64,000 nt of DNA from an uncultured Candidatus Saccharibacteria bacterium (GTDB lineage: Bacteria > Patescibacteriota > Minisyncoccia > SW-4-49-11): assembly GCA_964585065.1 (NCBI GenBank), contig CAZPCB010000003.1, positions 526-64,525 on the forward strand, in the 5' to 3' direction. Under the pieces are notes generated by a model that saw only the letters and a list, made by a program, of their open reading frames with translations, had not been told where the DNA came from and made no database searches. Every line of letters starts with the position of its first letter. Position 1 is the stretch's first letter. The position numbers and the translations under genes were made by a program. This document shows positions 20,347-30,025 of this stretch, one piece after another.

Positions 20347-21957
20347 TTAAGGGACAATTCCATTCCCAATTATTTCTAATAATTTACTATGAAATCTTTC
20401 ATCTTCAATACTATAAGGATGCTGAATATATTGCTGATTTGCAATACAGTATACATCCTGAATTCCTACTCGATTCAAGAAATCAAGTGAATGAGAAATA
20501 ATAATTAAAGCTCCTTTATACGCTAATAATCCTTGTATAATTGCCTCTTGGGTTGAAATATCAAGATTATTTGTAGGTTCATCTAATAATAATATATCTA
20601 CTTGTTGTAAACTAATCATTGCAAAGGCTAATCTTGCAACTTGCCCCCCGGATAAGTTTTCTGCATATTGATTTACTTGATAATCATCCCAAAATAAAAA
20701 TTCTCTTAATTTTTGACGAATTGTCATCATAGAGGCTTTGGGATTATAATCTCGCATATTTTCTAATATCGTTTTATGGGGACAAACAATTGCATATGTT
20801 TGGTCCATATATACAATATTAGTCTTATCTTTAATTTCTAAAATACCAAAAGATAATTGTCTTTTCATAAGCATATGAAAAAATTGACTTTTACCCGTCC
20901 CATTTCCTCCAATCAAAGCAATTCTGTCCCCGCTAGAAACTTGAAATCGAATATCTCGAATAAGTACCGTTTCAGCAACTTGTACAAGACCATCTCGAAT
21001 ATTGAGGATAATTTCTTGATTTTGTATTGTTTGATGAGGAATATAATATCTTACATCTCGCTTTATTTGTGGTTCTAGATCATGAATAATTTCCTTATTA
21101 TCTTCTAATCGGGAATCATACATTAATTTTTTTTGTCCCGCTCTCATCTGAGCCTTACTTTTAAGATATCCTCTATCCATACGAGATACACTTCTATCCT
21201 GTCTACTTCTAATTCCAACCTGTATATTTTGTTCTTGTCTTTTCGCCTCTGATGCCACCGATTTATCTAAACGTTTTTTATCCTTCAAAGCAACTTCATA
21301 ACGACGCAATCTCGCTTCACTTTCTAAACGTTTTTGCTCTCGATAAAATGATACATTTCCTCCAAATTCCCTTATATTGGTATTTTCTAATTCCCATACC
21401 CTGTTCACCACTCTATCTGCAAAAGAAGTGTCATGAGAGGCAATTAATACACTATAGGGATATGCTTGTATAGCCTTTACCAACCATTCTTGGGCCTGTA
21501 TATCTAAATGATTTGTAGGCTCATCTAATAATAGTACTTTTGGTTTAATATAAAAGATAATACCTAAATGTAATTTTACAATTTCTCCTCCACTTAAGGT
21601 ATTAAGTTCTCGGCTAGTATCAATGCTAAAATCAAATGTATGCTCAATGAGATCAATAACTTCCCACCAATCTTCTATAAACTGTGATATATACTCTGAA
21701 ATAGGAATATTAGAGTGAAATATTTCCAAATCTAATTGGGGTAAATACCATACAGAATCTAATTCTTCAACTATACCCTTAGTTGGCTTAATAAGATTTG
21801 CAATAATCTTTAATAAAGTAGTTTTACCCGTTCCATTATCCCCTACCAAAGCAATTTTATCCCCTTGATGAATAGTTACTGAGATATCTTGAAGAACTTG
21901 TTTTAAGCGATGCTTAAAGCCAATTGAATTGGTAGTAATATATAATTTTTTCGACAT
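20347..21957 (-). CDS. ABC-F family ATPase with two ABC domains and no TM domain
   Basis: There are two Walker A motifs (GDNGTGKTT and GGNGTGKSQ) and two signature motifs (LSGGE and LSGGQ). The inter-domain linker is charged (ARLRRYEVALKDKKRLDK...) and there is no transmembrane region. Confidence 0.85.
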   Translation of the reverse strand: MSKKLYITTNSIGFKHRLKQVLQDISVTIHQGDKIALVGDNGTGKTTLLKIIANLIKPTKGIVEELDSVWYLPQLDLEIFHSNIPISEYISQFIEDWWEVIDLIEHTFDFSIDTSRELNTLSGGEIVKLHLGIIFYIKPKVLLLDEPTNHLDIQAQEWLVKAIQAYPYSVLIASHDTSFADRVVNRVWELENTNIREFGGNVSFYREQKRLESEARLRRYEVALKDKKRLDKSVASEAKRQEQNIQVGIRSRQDRSVSRMDRGYLKSKAQMRAGQKKLMYDSRLEDNKEIIHDLEPQIKRDVRYYIPHQTIQNQEIILNIRDGLVQVAETVLIRDIRFQVSSGDRIALIGGNGTGKSQFFHMLMKRQLSFGILEIKDKTNIVYMDQTYAIVCPHKTILENMRDYNPKASMMTIRQKLREFLFWDDYQVNQYAENLSGGQVARLAFAMISLQQVDILLLDEPTNNLDISTQEAIIQGLLAYKGALIIISHSLDFLNRVGIQDVYCIANQQYIQHPYSIEDERFHSKLLEIIGNGIVP

Positions 21958-22005
21958 AATATAGCTTTAAAGCGGCTTAATCATACCATATTACTCATAA
22001 GAATA

Positions 22006-23697
22006 CTACCCTTGAGTAGCCTGTGGTATATTAATACCAAATGATTCTGCTGGGGCATGCGTTAAGGTTTCCTTTGGAAGGGTAAATATGAATATGCTAC
22101 CCCGATCTCTCCCATCTGAGTGAGCCTCTATGTCGCCACCATGTTTCAGCATAATTTGCTTTGCTAAATATAGTCCCAGCCCAGATCCATTGGGATTAAT
22201 AAGAGATGATTTTTTACCTCTCTCAAATTTTCTCCAGATTTTCTTGGTATCTTCTTTGGTAATACCCACCCCATTATCCTGAACTGATATAATGAAAAAT
22301 TCTTTTCCCTTAGCATCAAGAGTAATACTAATTTTTCCTTTCCCATAAAAGACGGCATTATCAATAATATTATTAAGGGCTTCCTTTAATTTCCCTTTAT
22401 CAATAAAGGCTTGCATTCCTGTCCCTTTACTCTTAAATACTACTTTAGTTGATTTACTATTCAATAATTCATGTTTTTCCTCAATAATCGTATCAATTAA
22501 TTCCTTTAAATCGATGGTATCTTTGATATTTATACCAAAACGACCTGCATTAACATCATTAGCGGATAATACATCATTAATAATTTCATTCAAATTTTTT
22601 GCACTGATATAGGCTTTTTGCAAATCATCTAATGCTGCTTGATTTAATGTATATTTGGGATCTTCTTTTCCCGTAATCATTGCTAAATATCCCTGTATAA
22701 CTGTTAATGGAGTTCTGAGTTGATGAGAGGCATTTTTCAAAAAATCATTTTTGGAGTCAAGTGCAATTTCTAATTCTTGTTTTTTATTATCGAGAATAAC
22801 TTGTTTCTGGGCACCTACATAAGCTTCTCTGGTTAAAAATGTATATAAACAGGTAAACATAAATACAACTAACATAGTTGACTGTACTCCCTCCGAAAAA
22901 TTATTATCAATAATAATAAATCGTATAATTAATAATATAATAGTAATAACCAATGTTGTCATGAGTCCTGCAATAGGAAGCTGTATACGAAATAATCGAT
23001 ACCGAATAATAGCAAATAATACTGTTGCTGATAATACTACCGTTGCAATTGGACCATAATAAATAAACTGAGTATTACCAAATATAGATGGAAGTATAAT
23101 ATTTGTGATAGATGCTGCTAATAAACTAAATATTGTCCCCAATAATATAATTTGTATATGTCTTTTTGCTGTATGATTAGTTACCCTATTATAGCGATAT
23201 ACTAATAAACTTATATATAAAATACTATAACTCACAATATAAAGAATAAATATATAATATGCTAATGATTGATATGCAATGGGATTATTAGCATCTAATT
23301 GTAATATTCCAACTTGTGGGATAAGAATTGCTATTGCAACCAAAATATAAGGATAATATAAAAATCGATATTGATGAAATGTACGTTGAGTATTATGAAA
23401 AGCTAATCCAAAAAACACTAATGCCTGTACAACACTAATAATAGTAATATAAATAGCAATATTAGCAATATATATACCCCATATATTTCCTTCAGGATAA
23501 AAATATAAGGTTCGGAGCCCCAACCATAAAGCCCAAGTAAATATACCAAAACAAAGATATGCAAAATATTTAGATGATACATATTTACCATAGGATAATT
23601 TATATGCAAAAAAATAAATGAATATTCCGATAATGAAATTAATCATCCCGCTCAATACCAATAATCCTATTGATAAAAATTGATTTGTATATTCCAT
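22006..23697 (-). CDS. Sensor histidine kinase with a polytopic membrane N-terminal domain (paralog)
   Basis: 563 aa and multi-TM. The H-box is ASHQLRTPLTVIQGY. G1 is DNGVGI and G2 is GSGLGLYL. Confidence 0.8.
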   Translation of the reverse strand: MEYTNQFLSIGLLVLSGMINFIIGIFIYFFAYKLSYGKYVSSKYFAYLCFGIFTWALWLGLRTLYFYPEGNIWGIYIANIAIYITIISVVQALVFFGLAFHNTQRTFHQYRFLYYPYILVAIAILIPQVGILQLDANNPIAYQSLAYYIFILYIVSYSILYISLLVYRYNRVTNHTAKRHIQIILLGTIFSLLAASITNIILPSIFGNTQFIYYGPIATVVLSATVLFAIIRYRLFRIQLPIAGLMTTLVITIILLIIRFIIIDNNFSEGVQSTMLVVFMFTCLYTFLTREAYVGAQKQVILDNKKQELEIALDSKNDFLKNASHQLRTPLTVIQGYLAMITGKEDPKYTLNQAALDDLQKAYISAKNLNEIINDVLSANDVNAGRFGINIKDTIDLKELIDTIIEEKHELLNSKSTKVVFKSKGTGMQAFIDKGKLKEALNNIIDNAVFYGKGKISITLDAKGKEFFIISVQDNGVGITKEDTKKIWRKFERGKKSSLINPNGSGLGLYLAKQIMLKHGGDIEAHSDGRDRGSIFIFTLPKETLTHAPAESFGINIPQATQG

Positions 23698-23752
23698 ATA
23701 TTAATTTTGAATCTTTATTTTAGTATACCATAAATCGATTATATATAAGATA

Positions 23753-24073
23753 TTATCGCATCATTTCTTTTTTCACTTTTTCTTTCATTATTTCAATAAT
23801 CGTATTAGTAGAGTCATTATCATTGACTTTATTATATTTAATACTATGACATATCTGACATTCATGAATAATATCTATGGGATACCCTCCTTTAGATATG
23901 ATATCAATTGGCTTCATTAAACCCTGACAATTCTCTTGTCTGTCTCCTGGATAATTATCTACATGAAGAGAATATAAACATTCTGGACAATGATTCGTAT
24001 ACCCATTACCATGTACAGATAATCCGCAATTTTTACAAATAAAATCTTCTACCGTTTTTGTAAAATGTTTCAT
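23753..24073 (-). CDS. RNHCP-domain zinc-ribbon protein
   Basis: 106 aa. CKNCG, YTNHCPECLYSLHVD and CQIC give three Cys pairs. The NHCPxCLxSxHVD stretch matches the RNHCP family signature recalled from memory. Confidence 0.55.
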   Translation of the reverse strand: MKHFTKTVEDFICKNCGLSVHGNGYTNHCPECLYSLHVDNYPGDRQENCQGLMKPIDIISKGGYPIDIIHECQICHSIKYNKVNDNDSTNTIIEIMKEKVKKEMMR

Positions 24074-24088
24074 AAACTCAAATTGAGT

Positions 24089-24637
24089 TTATACTTTTTT
24101 GATTTGTAGTGAATCGAGCTCTACAGGAGTATTTCGTCCAAACATATTTACCAAAACCTTCAATTTTCCTTTTGATTCATCAACTTCAGATACTTTTCCT
24201 TCAAAATCTTTAAATGGTCCATCGGTAATTTTAACCAAATCATCAATATCAATATTAAGAGTATATTTAGGCTCTTCTTTGGTTACTTTCTTTTCAATAA
24301 AATGCATTTCATCAGGTGAAACTGGAATTGGAGTTGTACCAGCTCCAATAAATCCTGTTACATTGGGAGTATTCCGCACAACATACCAAGAATTATCTGT
24401 TACAATCATTTCTACAAATACATATCCAGGAAAAATCCTCTCTTCTACGGTAACTCTTTTCCCATTCTTAATTTTAATTTTCTTTTCCTTTGGAACTACA
24501 ACATCAAAAATATAATCTTCCATAGAAAGAGATTCTATTCTTTTTTTCAAATTCTGGGCCACATTATCTTCTAGTCCTGATACACTATGAATAACATACC
24601 AATTTTTTTCTATACTAATAGGATGTTGCTTTGCCAT
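24089..24637 (-). CDS. nusG: Transcription termination/antitermination factor NusG
   Basis: 182 aa. The NGN domain (WYVIHSVSGLEDNV) and the C-terminal KOW domain (KITDGPFKDFEGKVSEVD) are present. secE is immediately upstream. Confidence 0.85.
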   Translation of the reverse strand: MAKQHPISIEKNWYVIHSVSGLEDNVAQNLKKRIESLSMEDYIFDVVVPKEKKIKIKNGKRVTVEERIFPGYVFVEMIVTDNSWYVVRNTPNVTGFIGAGTTPIPVSPDEMHFIEKKVTKEEPKYTLNIDIDDLVKITDGPFKDFEGKVSEVDESKGKLKVLVNMFGRNTPVELDSLQIKKV

Positions 24638-24651
24638 ATCGAAAGTCTAAA

Positions 24652-24852
24652 TTAGAGAATAAATGTTTTGAGAATAAAGTTGAAGAATATATCTAATCCA
24701 CCCAATATAATCATAGATACAATAGAGATCATAGCAACAATACCAGTATATTGAAATGCTTTTTCTCGAGTTGGCCAAGTGACTTTTTTGATCTCAGCTT
24801 GTGACTCTTTAATATATTGTATGGGTCCTATCATAATATTCTTCAATAGCAT
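24652..24852 (-). CDS. secE: Preprotein translocase subunit SecE
   Basis: 66 aa with a single TM helix. It begins with an amphipathic KESQAEIKKVTWPTREK. It is paired with nusG. Confidence 0.7.
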   Translation of the reverse strand: MLLKNIMIGPIQYIKESQAEIKKVTWPTREKAFQYTGIVAMISIVSMIILGGLDIFFNFILKTFIL

Positions 24853-24889
24853 GTCTAATATTACCTTATATTTGTTATCTTGTCAAAAT

Positions 24890-26317
24890 TTATACAAAAA
24901 ACATCTGTATAGACTCTCTTCCAACCTCACTAATATCAACTACCACAAAATAATGTCCATCAATATTCGTATCAAAATGTTCTTGGCGAATATTCTGAAT
25001 CAGCTCATATGGGTTATTATCTGTTTGTAATAATCCTATGACTCCCCAAGTCAAAGCAGTATGATAAAAGTATTCCTGATTTTCTGTAATTACAAATACA
25101 GGAATTTCTGCTCTAAATTGAGACATATATTCAGCCACCCCTTTACCTTCTTTATCAATAATCACAATTCCATCCACTTCGCTAGCTCTTGCTAAATGCT
25201 GAGCTCCATACGCAAGTTCTCGATAAATATTCTTATCCTCATCACCCGCAATATATTCATCTAAAAAATTATCATATGATGATTCCTCAGTTGCAGTAAT
25301 AATTTTCTGCATCATTAATACTGCCTCTAAAGGATAAGCTCCTCCCGAAGTCTCACCAGATAACATTACAGCATCAGTATGATCAATAACTGCATTAGCC
25401 ACATCCGAAACCTCAGCTCGAGTTGGACGGGGATTACGAATCATAGAATCCAACATTTGGGTCGCAACAATTACATGCTTTCCTTTAAGTAAAGCAAGTT
25501 CAATAATATGTTTTTGAATAATGGGCACTCTTTCAGCCTGAACTTCAATACCCAAATCTCCTCTTGCTACCATAATACCATCAACTTCATCCATAATAGA
25601 GTCAATTTGAGCTACTGCATCAGGTTTTTCAATTTTAGCAATAATAAGAGGACTATTCATCTTATTATTATCTGATTCAATCAGTCTTCTTAACTCTTTA
25701 ATATCCTCAGCTGATCGTACAAAAGACATAGCAATAAAATCAACGCCTTGCTGTAGACCAAAACTTAAATCAGCTTTATCTTTTTCGGTAATAACAGGGA
25801 AATTAACAGAACTACCCGGGAAATTAACTCCTTTTCTTCCTTTAATCTGAGAATTTGTTCTGGCCTCAGCAATAGTATATTGTTTATCAGGCATTGATTC
25901 CAATACCAATAATTCAATAAGTCCATCTTCTATTAATACGGTTTCTCCTGGTTTTAAAATAGGACTTAAATCATGATCAATAGGTAATGTTTTGACTCCT
26001 TCTTCAAAATGGTATACCCCTGTATCATTGGTAATATAAATAGTTTCCCCTACCACAATATCTAATGGATTCTCTAGAGCTCCTACTCTTACTCTTGGAC
26101 CCTGTAAATCTTGGAGTATAGCGACAGGAACAGATAAATCTGTACGCACTTTTTTAATGGTTTGAATCATTTGAGTATATTCCTCATGACTTCCATGAGA
26201 AAAATTCAGCCGAAATACATTAGCTCCTGCTTTAATAAATTCTGTTAAAGATTCTTCCGTAGCTACACGAGGGCTAAGAGTACTGACAATTTTTGTTCTT
26301 TTAACTAGCTTATCCAT
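24890..26317 (-). CDS. pyk: Pyruvate kinase
   Basis: 475 aa. TKIVSTLSP...[17 protein letters not shown], and [10 protein letters not shown] and the other PK motifs are present. Confidence 0.9.
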   Translation of the reverse strand: MDKLVKRTKIVSTLSPRVATEESLTEFIKAGANVFRLNFSHGSHEEYTQMIQTIKKVRTDLSVPVAILQDLQGPRVRVGALENPLDIVVGETIYITNDTGVYHFEEGVKTLPIDHDLSPILKPGETVLIEDGLIELLVLESMPDKQYTIAEARTNSQIKGRKGVNFPGSSVNFPVITEKDKADLSFGLQQGVDFIAMSFVRSAEDIKELRRLIESDNNKMNSPLIIAKIEKPDAVAQIDSIMDEVDGIMVARGDLGIEVQAERVPIIQKHIIELALLKGKHVIVATQMLDSMIRNPRPTRAEVSDVANAVIDHTDAVMLSGETSGGAYPLEAVLMMQKIITATEESSYDNFLDEYIAGDEDKNIYRELAYGAQHLARASEVDGIVIIDKEGKGVAEYMSQFRAEIPVFVITENQEYFYHTALTWGVIGLLQTDNNPYELIQNIRQEHFDTNIDGHYFVVVDISEVGRESIQMFFV

Positions 26318-26329
26318 AAAGTTGTTTTA

Positions 26330-27241
26330 TTATACTGTATCTATGTCCATTCCACGAAGAGCTGCTATACGCTTATTAATGGGCGGATGTGTGGAGAACA
26401 AATCCTTTGCCCCACCACCTTTAAGTGGATTTGAAATATATAAATGAGCTGTGGCTCTATTGGCGACCTCTAGGGGTTCAGTATCCTTACTGATTTTTTC
26501 TAAGGCGGTTGCTAATCCTTCAGGGTAACGAGTAAGTAAAGCTCCACTAGCATCTGCTAAATATTCTCTTTTACGAGATATAGCTAAATGTAATAATTGT
26601 ACAAAAATAGGAGCTAGAATTGCAAGAACTATAGCTATAATACCCAATATTACTCCTAATTGTCCATTATCATTATTATTGCTTCTCCCACCTACGCCCC
26701 GCCAAAAGCTAATGCGTAAAAACCAATCAGCAAGTAGAGCTACCAGTCCCACCAATACTACTGATATAGTCTGAATCAGGGTATCACGATTCCCAATATG
26801 AGATAATTCATGAGCAATTACTCCTTCTAATTCAGATTGCTCTAATCTTGATATAATACCGGTAGTAAGAGCAATAGCAGAATGCTCCGGATTTCTGCCG
26901 GTTGCAAAAGCATTCATAGCAGTGTCTTTGATAATATATAGTTTAGGTGTCGGTAATCCAGCGGTAATAGCTAAATTTTCTAAAAGTCTATATATGCGCT
27001 TTTCTTCTGGGTTTTTAGTATCTATTGGCTGAGCATTGGATATTGAAAGCACTATACTATCAGAATACCAATAGGAAATCACATTCATAAATAAACTCCC
27101 AATCAAAGCCCAGACAAAAATACTTGGACTATCTAATGTATAACTAAATACCCAGGCTATTCCAACAACAACAGCAATAAATACTGTCATTAATACCCAG
27201 GTTTTTCGGATATTCTGATCTTTGTGATCGTATAAGGTCAT
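26330..27241 (-). CDS. htpX: M48-family zinc metalloprotease HtpX
   Basis: N-terminal TM helices, HELSHIGNRD (HExxH), and a C-terminal region typical of HtpX. It is adjacent to lemA. Confidence 0.8.
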   Translation of the reverse strand: MTLYDHKDQNIRKTWVLMTVFIAVVVGIAWVFSYTLDSPSIFVWALIGSLFMNVISYWYSDSIVLSISNAQPIDTKNPEEKRIYRLLENLAITAGLPTPKLYIIKDTAMNAFATGRNPEHSAIALTTGIISRLEQSELEGVIAHELSHIGNRDTLIQTISVVLVGLVALLADWFLRISFWRGVGGRSNNNDNGQLGVILGIIAIVLAILAPIFVQLLHLAISRKREYLADASGALLTRYPEGLATALEKISKDTEPLEVANRATAHLYISNPLKGGGAKDLFSTHPPINKRIAALRGMDIDTV

Positions 27242-27260
27242 ATAAACTCTTGGTTATTGC

Positions 27261-27815
27261 TTAGAAGGAAACTTTTACTACTTCTTTTTCAGCTTCAGCA
27301 ATTTCAAAATATTCTTTCTTTTCAAATCCAAAAGAAGATGCAATAAAGCTATCTGGAAAACTTTCCACCTTAGTATTAAGAGATAGAACAACACTATTAT
27401 AAAATCTTCGAGATGCTTGGATTTTATTCTCTGTATCACTGAGTTCTCTTTGTAATTCTAAGAAATTCTGATTTGCCTTCAAATCTGGATACGCCTCAGA
27501 TACTGCAAATAGACTTTTTAATGTTCCTGATAAAACATTTTCAGCTTCTGCCTTTTGCTCTAATCCTGTAGCTTGTATAGCTTGTGCTCTGGCTTTGGTC
27601 ACTTCCTCGAATACCCCTGATTCATGAGAAGCATATCCTTTTATGGTTTCTACCAAATTAGGAATAAGATCATATCGACGCTTTAATTGAACATCAATAT
27701 CTGCCCAAGCTTCAGCAACTTTTTGACGTAGAGACACAAAGGTATTATAGAGAGAAACACCATAAATAAGTACAGTAACTACAATTGCGATAAGTATCAA
27801 AATTGGGGTTGTCAT
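27261..27815 (-). CDS. lemA: LemA family protein
   Basis: 184 aa. An N-terminal TM helix precedes the conserved LemA region NTFVSLRQKVAEAWADIDVQLKRRYDLIPNLVE. Confidence 0.8.
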   Translation of the reverse strand: MTTPILILIAIVVTVLIYGVSLYNTFVSLRQKVAEAWADIDVQLKRRYDLIPNLVETIKGYASHESGVFEEVTKARAQAIQATGLEQKAEAENVLSGTLKSLFAVSEAYPDLKANQNFLELQRELSDTENKIQASRRFYNSVVLSLNTKVESFPDSFIASSFGFEKKEYFEIAEAEKEVVKVSF

Positions 27816-27887
27816 ATATGTATATTATTAATAATTCTTTTCCCCATTATTATACACCTTCCCTATAAATAATACAATATCCCCTAT

Positions 27888-29681
27888 TTAACGCTTTAAC
27901 ACTTCTAAATACACCTCTTTTGGAATATGTATTCTAGCAGTATCACGCATACGCTTTTTCCCTTCTTTTTGTTTTTTCAATAATTTATCCTTACGTGTCC
28001 TGTCTCCTCCATATAATTTAGCAATAACATCTTTACGAAAAGCCGATAATGTCTCGCGTGCTACTATAGTGCCTCCAATAGAAGCCTGTAGAGCAACTGA
28101 GTATTGTTGACGGGGAAGTGACTCCTTTAATCTATGCACAATGCGTTTACCCTCATCATGAGCTTCATCCTTATATACGATATGGGATAAGGCTTCTTGA
28201 ACTTCTCCTGCTACCATAATATCTAATTTAACCACTTCAGCCTCTTGAGCCTCGAGAGGGTAATAATTAACTGAAGCATATCCTGAAGTAATACTTTTAA
28301 GCACATCATAAAAATCGACAATAACCTTGGCCAATGGAATTTGATATTCTATAATAGCCCTATCTTCTCCAATATAGCGAGTATTAATAAATTGTCCACG
28401 CCTTTTTTGTAATAAATCCATTACCGCCCCAATATATTCTTTGGGAGTCATAATTTCAAGCCTCACAAAAGGCTCTAATATACGAGATAATTTAGTATTA
28501 TCTGGAAAATCTGAAGCAGAATAAATCGTATAAATATCCCCATTGGTTTGCTCCACAATATAAGCGACAGATGGAGTACTAATAATAAGCTCTAATTCAT
28601 ATTCCCTCTTGAGACGCTCAGTTATAATGTCAAGATGAAGCATACCCAAAAAACCACAACGAAACCCCTTACCTAAAGCCTCTTTTGCTTCAGGTTCGAA
28701 TACAAGAGATGAATCCGATAATTGCAATTTATTCAAAGCATCCCGTAATATGGGGTATTCTTCTGTGCTCTCTACAAAAATACTAGCATATACCACCGGT
28801 ACCGGTTCTAGATATTCAGCTAAAGGGGCTAATTCCTGTCCTTCAGGAAATTTAACAATAGTATCCCCTACTCTTACATTTTCTACATTTTTGAGCCCAG
28901 TTGCAATATAACCAATACTTCCTGCAGATAATATATCTAATTTAGTCATTTGTGGAGTGAATACCCCAATTTCAAGAGCCTGAGCCTCCTGTTTTTTGGC
29001 TAACATCTTGATTGCATCAGCAGTACGTATTTCACCATCTACTACTCGAATATGGGCAATTACTCCTTTATAAGAATCAAAAGCTGAATCAAAAATCAAA
29101 GCTCTAAAATCATTCAAATTTGTAGAATTGGTCTCAGGAGAGGGAACTTCAGAAATAACTCTATCTAATAATTCAGGAACACCCTGTCCTGTTTTACCTG
29201 ATATTTCTAGAATATCAGATTCCTCTACTCCTAATAATTCACATATTTCTTGCTTCACTTCAGCTACTCGAGCATGTGGTAAATCTACTTTATTCACAGC
29301 AGGAATAATTACTAAATCTTGATCAATCGCTAAATATACATTTGCAATAGTTTGGGCCTGTATACCCTGAGTTGCATCAACTAATAAAATTGCTCCTTCC
29401 ACAGCAGCAAGACTACGAGAAACCTCATAAGAGAAATCTACATGCCCTGGAGTGTCTATCAGATTCAAAATATATTCTTTTCCCTGATGAGTATATTTAA
29501 CACGGACTGGTTGCATTTTGATAGTAATACCACGCTCTCGCTCCAATTCCATAGAATCTAATAACTGAGCCTTCATATTACGCTTTTCAACTGTATGGGT
29601 TAATTCTAAAATACGATCAGACAAAGTTGATTTCCCATGATCGATATGAGCGATAATACTAAAATTACGAATATATTGCAT
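27888..29681 (-). CDS. lepA: Elongation factor 4 (LepA)
   Basis: 597 aa. IRNFSIIAHIDHGKSTLSDRIL is the GTPase motif. The LepA C-terminal domain is present. Confidence 0.9.
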   Translation of the reverse strand: MQYIRNFSIIAHIDHGKSTLSDRILELTHTVEKRNMKAQLLDSMELERERGITIKMQPVRVKYTHQGKEYILNLIDTPGHVDFSYEVSRSLAAVEGAILLVDATQGIQAQTIANVYLAIDQDLVIIPAVNKVDLPHARVAEVKQEICELLGVEESDILEISGKTGQGVPELLDRVISEVPSPETNSTNLNDFRALIFDSAFDSYKGVIAHIRVVDGEIRTADAIKMLAKKQEAQALEIGVFTPQMTKLDILSAGSIGYIATGLKNVENVRVGDTIVKFPEGQELAPLAEYLEPVPVVYASIFVESTEEYPILRDALNKLQLSDSSLVFEPEAKEALGKGFRCGFLGMLHLDIITERLKREYELELIISTPSVAYIVEQTNGDIYTIYSASDFPDNTKLSRILEPFVRLEIMTPKEYIGAVMDLLQKRRGQFINTRYIGEDRAIIEYQIPLAKVIVDFYDVLKSITSGYASVNYYPLEAQEAEVVKLDIMVAGEVQEALSHIVYKDEAHDEGKRIVHRLKESLPRQQYSVALQASIGGTIVARETLSAFRKDVIAKLYGGDRTRKDKLLKKQKEGKKRMRDTARIHIPKEVYLEVLKR

Positions 29682-29690
29682 ATAGCCTTT

Positions 29691-29719
29691 ATTATAGCTA
29701 ATTTTACTATGTTTTACAA
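29691..29719 (-). promoter_or_regulatory. Candidate promoter for lepA: TTGTAA-N17-TATAAT
   Basis: The minus strand reads aattacTTGTAAaacatagtaaaattagcTATAATaaaggctatatATG. Confidence 0.4.
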
Positions 29720-29728
29720 GTAATTAAA

Positions 29729-29758
29729 AACCGAGTCACCATATTACGACGCTCGGTT
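29729..29758 (-). terminator. Hairpin (aaccgag...ctcggtt, 7-8 bp stem, 16-nt loop) followed by a U-rich tract; candidate terminator at the end of the small ORF upstream of lepA
   Basis: The inverted repeat was read directly. On the minus strand the stem is followed by UUUAAUUACUUG. Confidence 0.4.
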
Positions 29759-29954
29759 ATTGATGATTACTCCACCTTTTATCGAATATGACATGTAGGG
29801 CTAGAAGTAAGCCGAATAAGCCATTTAAGACAATAGCCAATGGAGCAAAGAAAAGTGGGTTAAAGAATAGTCCTACCGCAGATCCGATGGAAAGTAGGGC
29901 AAAAAGACTATAGGTCAATCTAATTCTTTGCTTTTTATGAATAGAAGAAGTCAT
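29757..29954 (-). CDS. Small 2-TM membrane protein, hypothetical
   Basis: 65 aa with two hydrophobic segments and no recognisable family. It sits between lepA and murJ. Confidence 0.4.
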   Translation of the reverse strand: MTSSIHKKQRIRLTYSLFALLSIGSAVGLFFNPLFFAPLAIVLNGLFGLLLALHVIFDKRWSNHQ

Positions 29955-30025
29955 AATTAAAGAACAAAAAGTATACTTGTTATAGTATACTTTTGTCTTT
30001 TTGTCAAGAAATTAGCAAAAAGACT

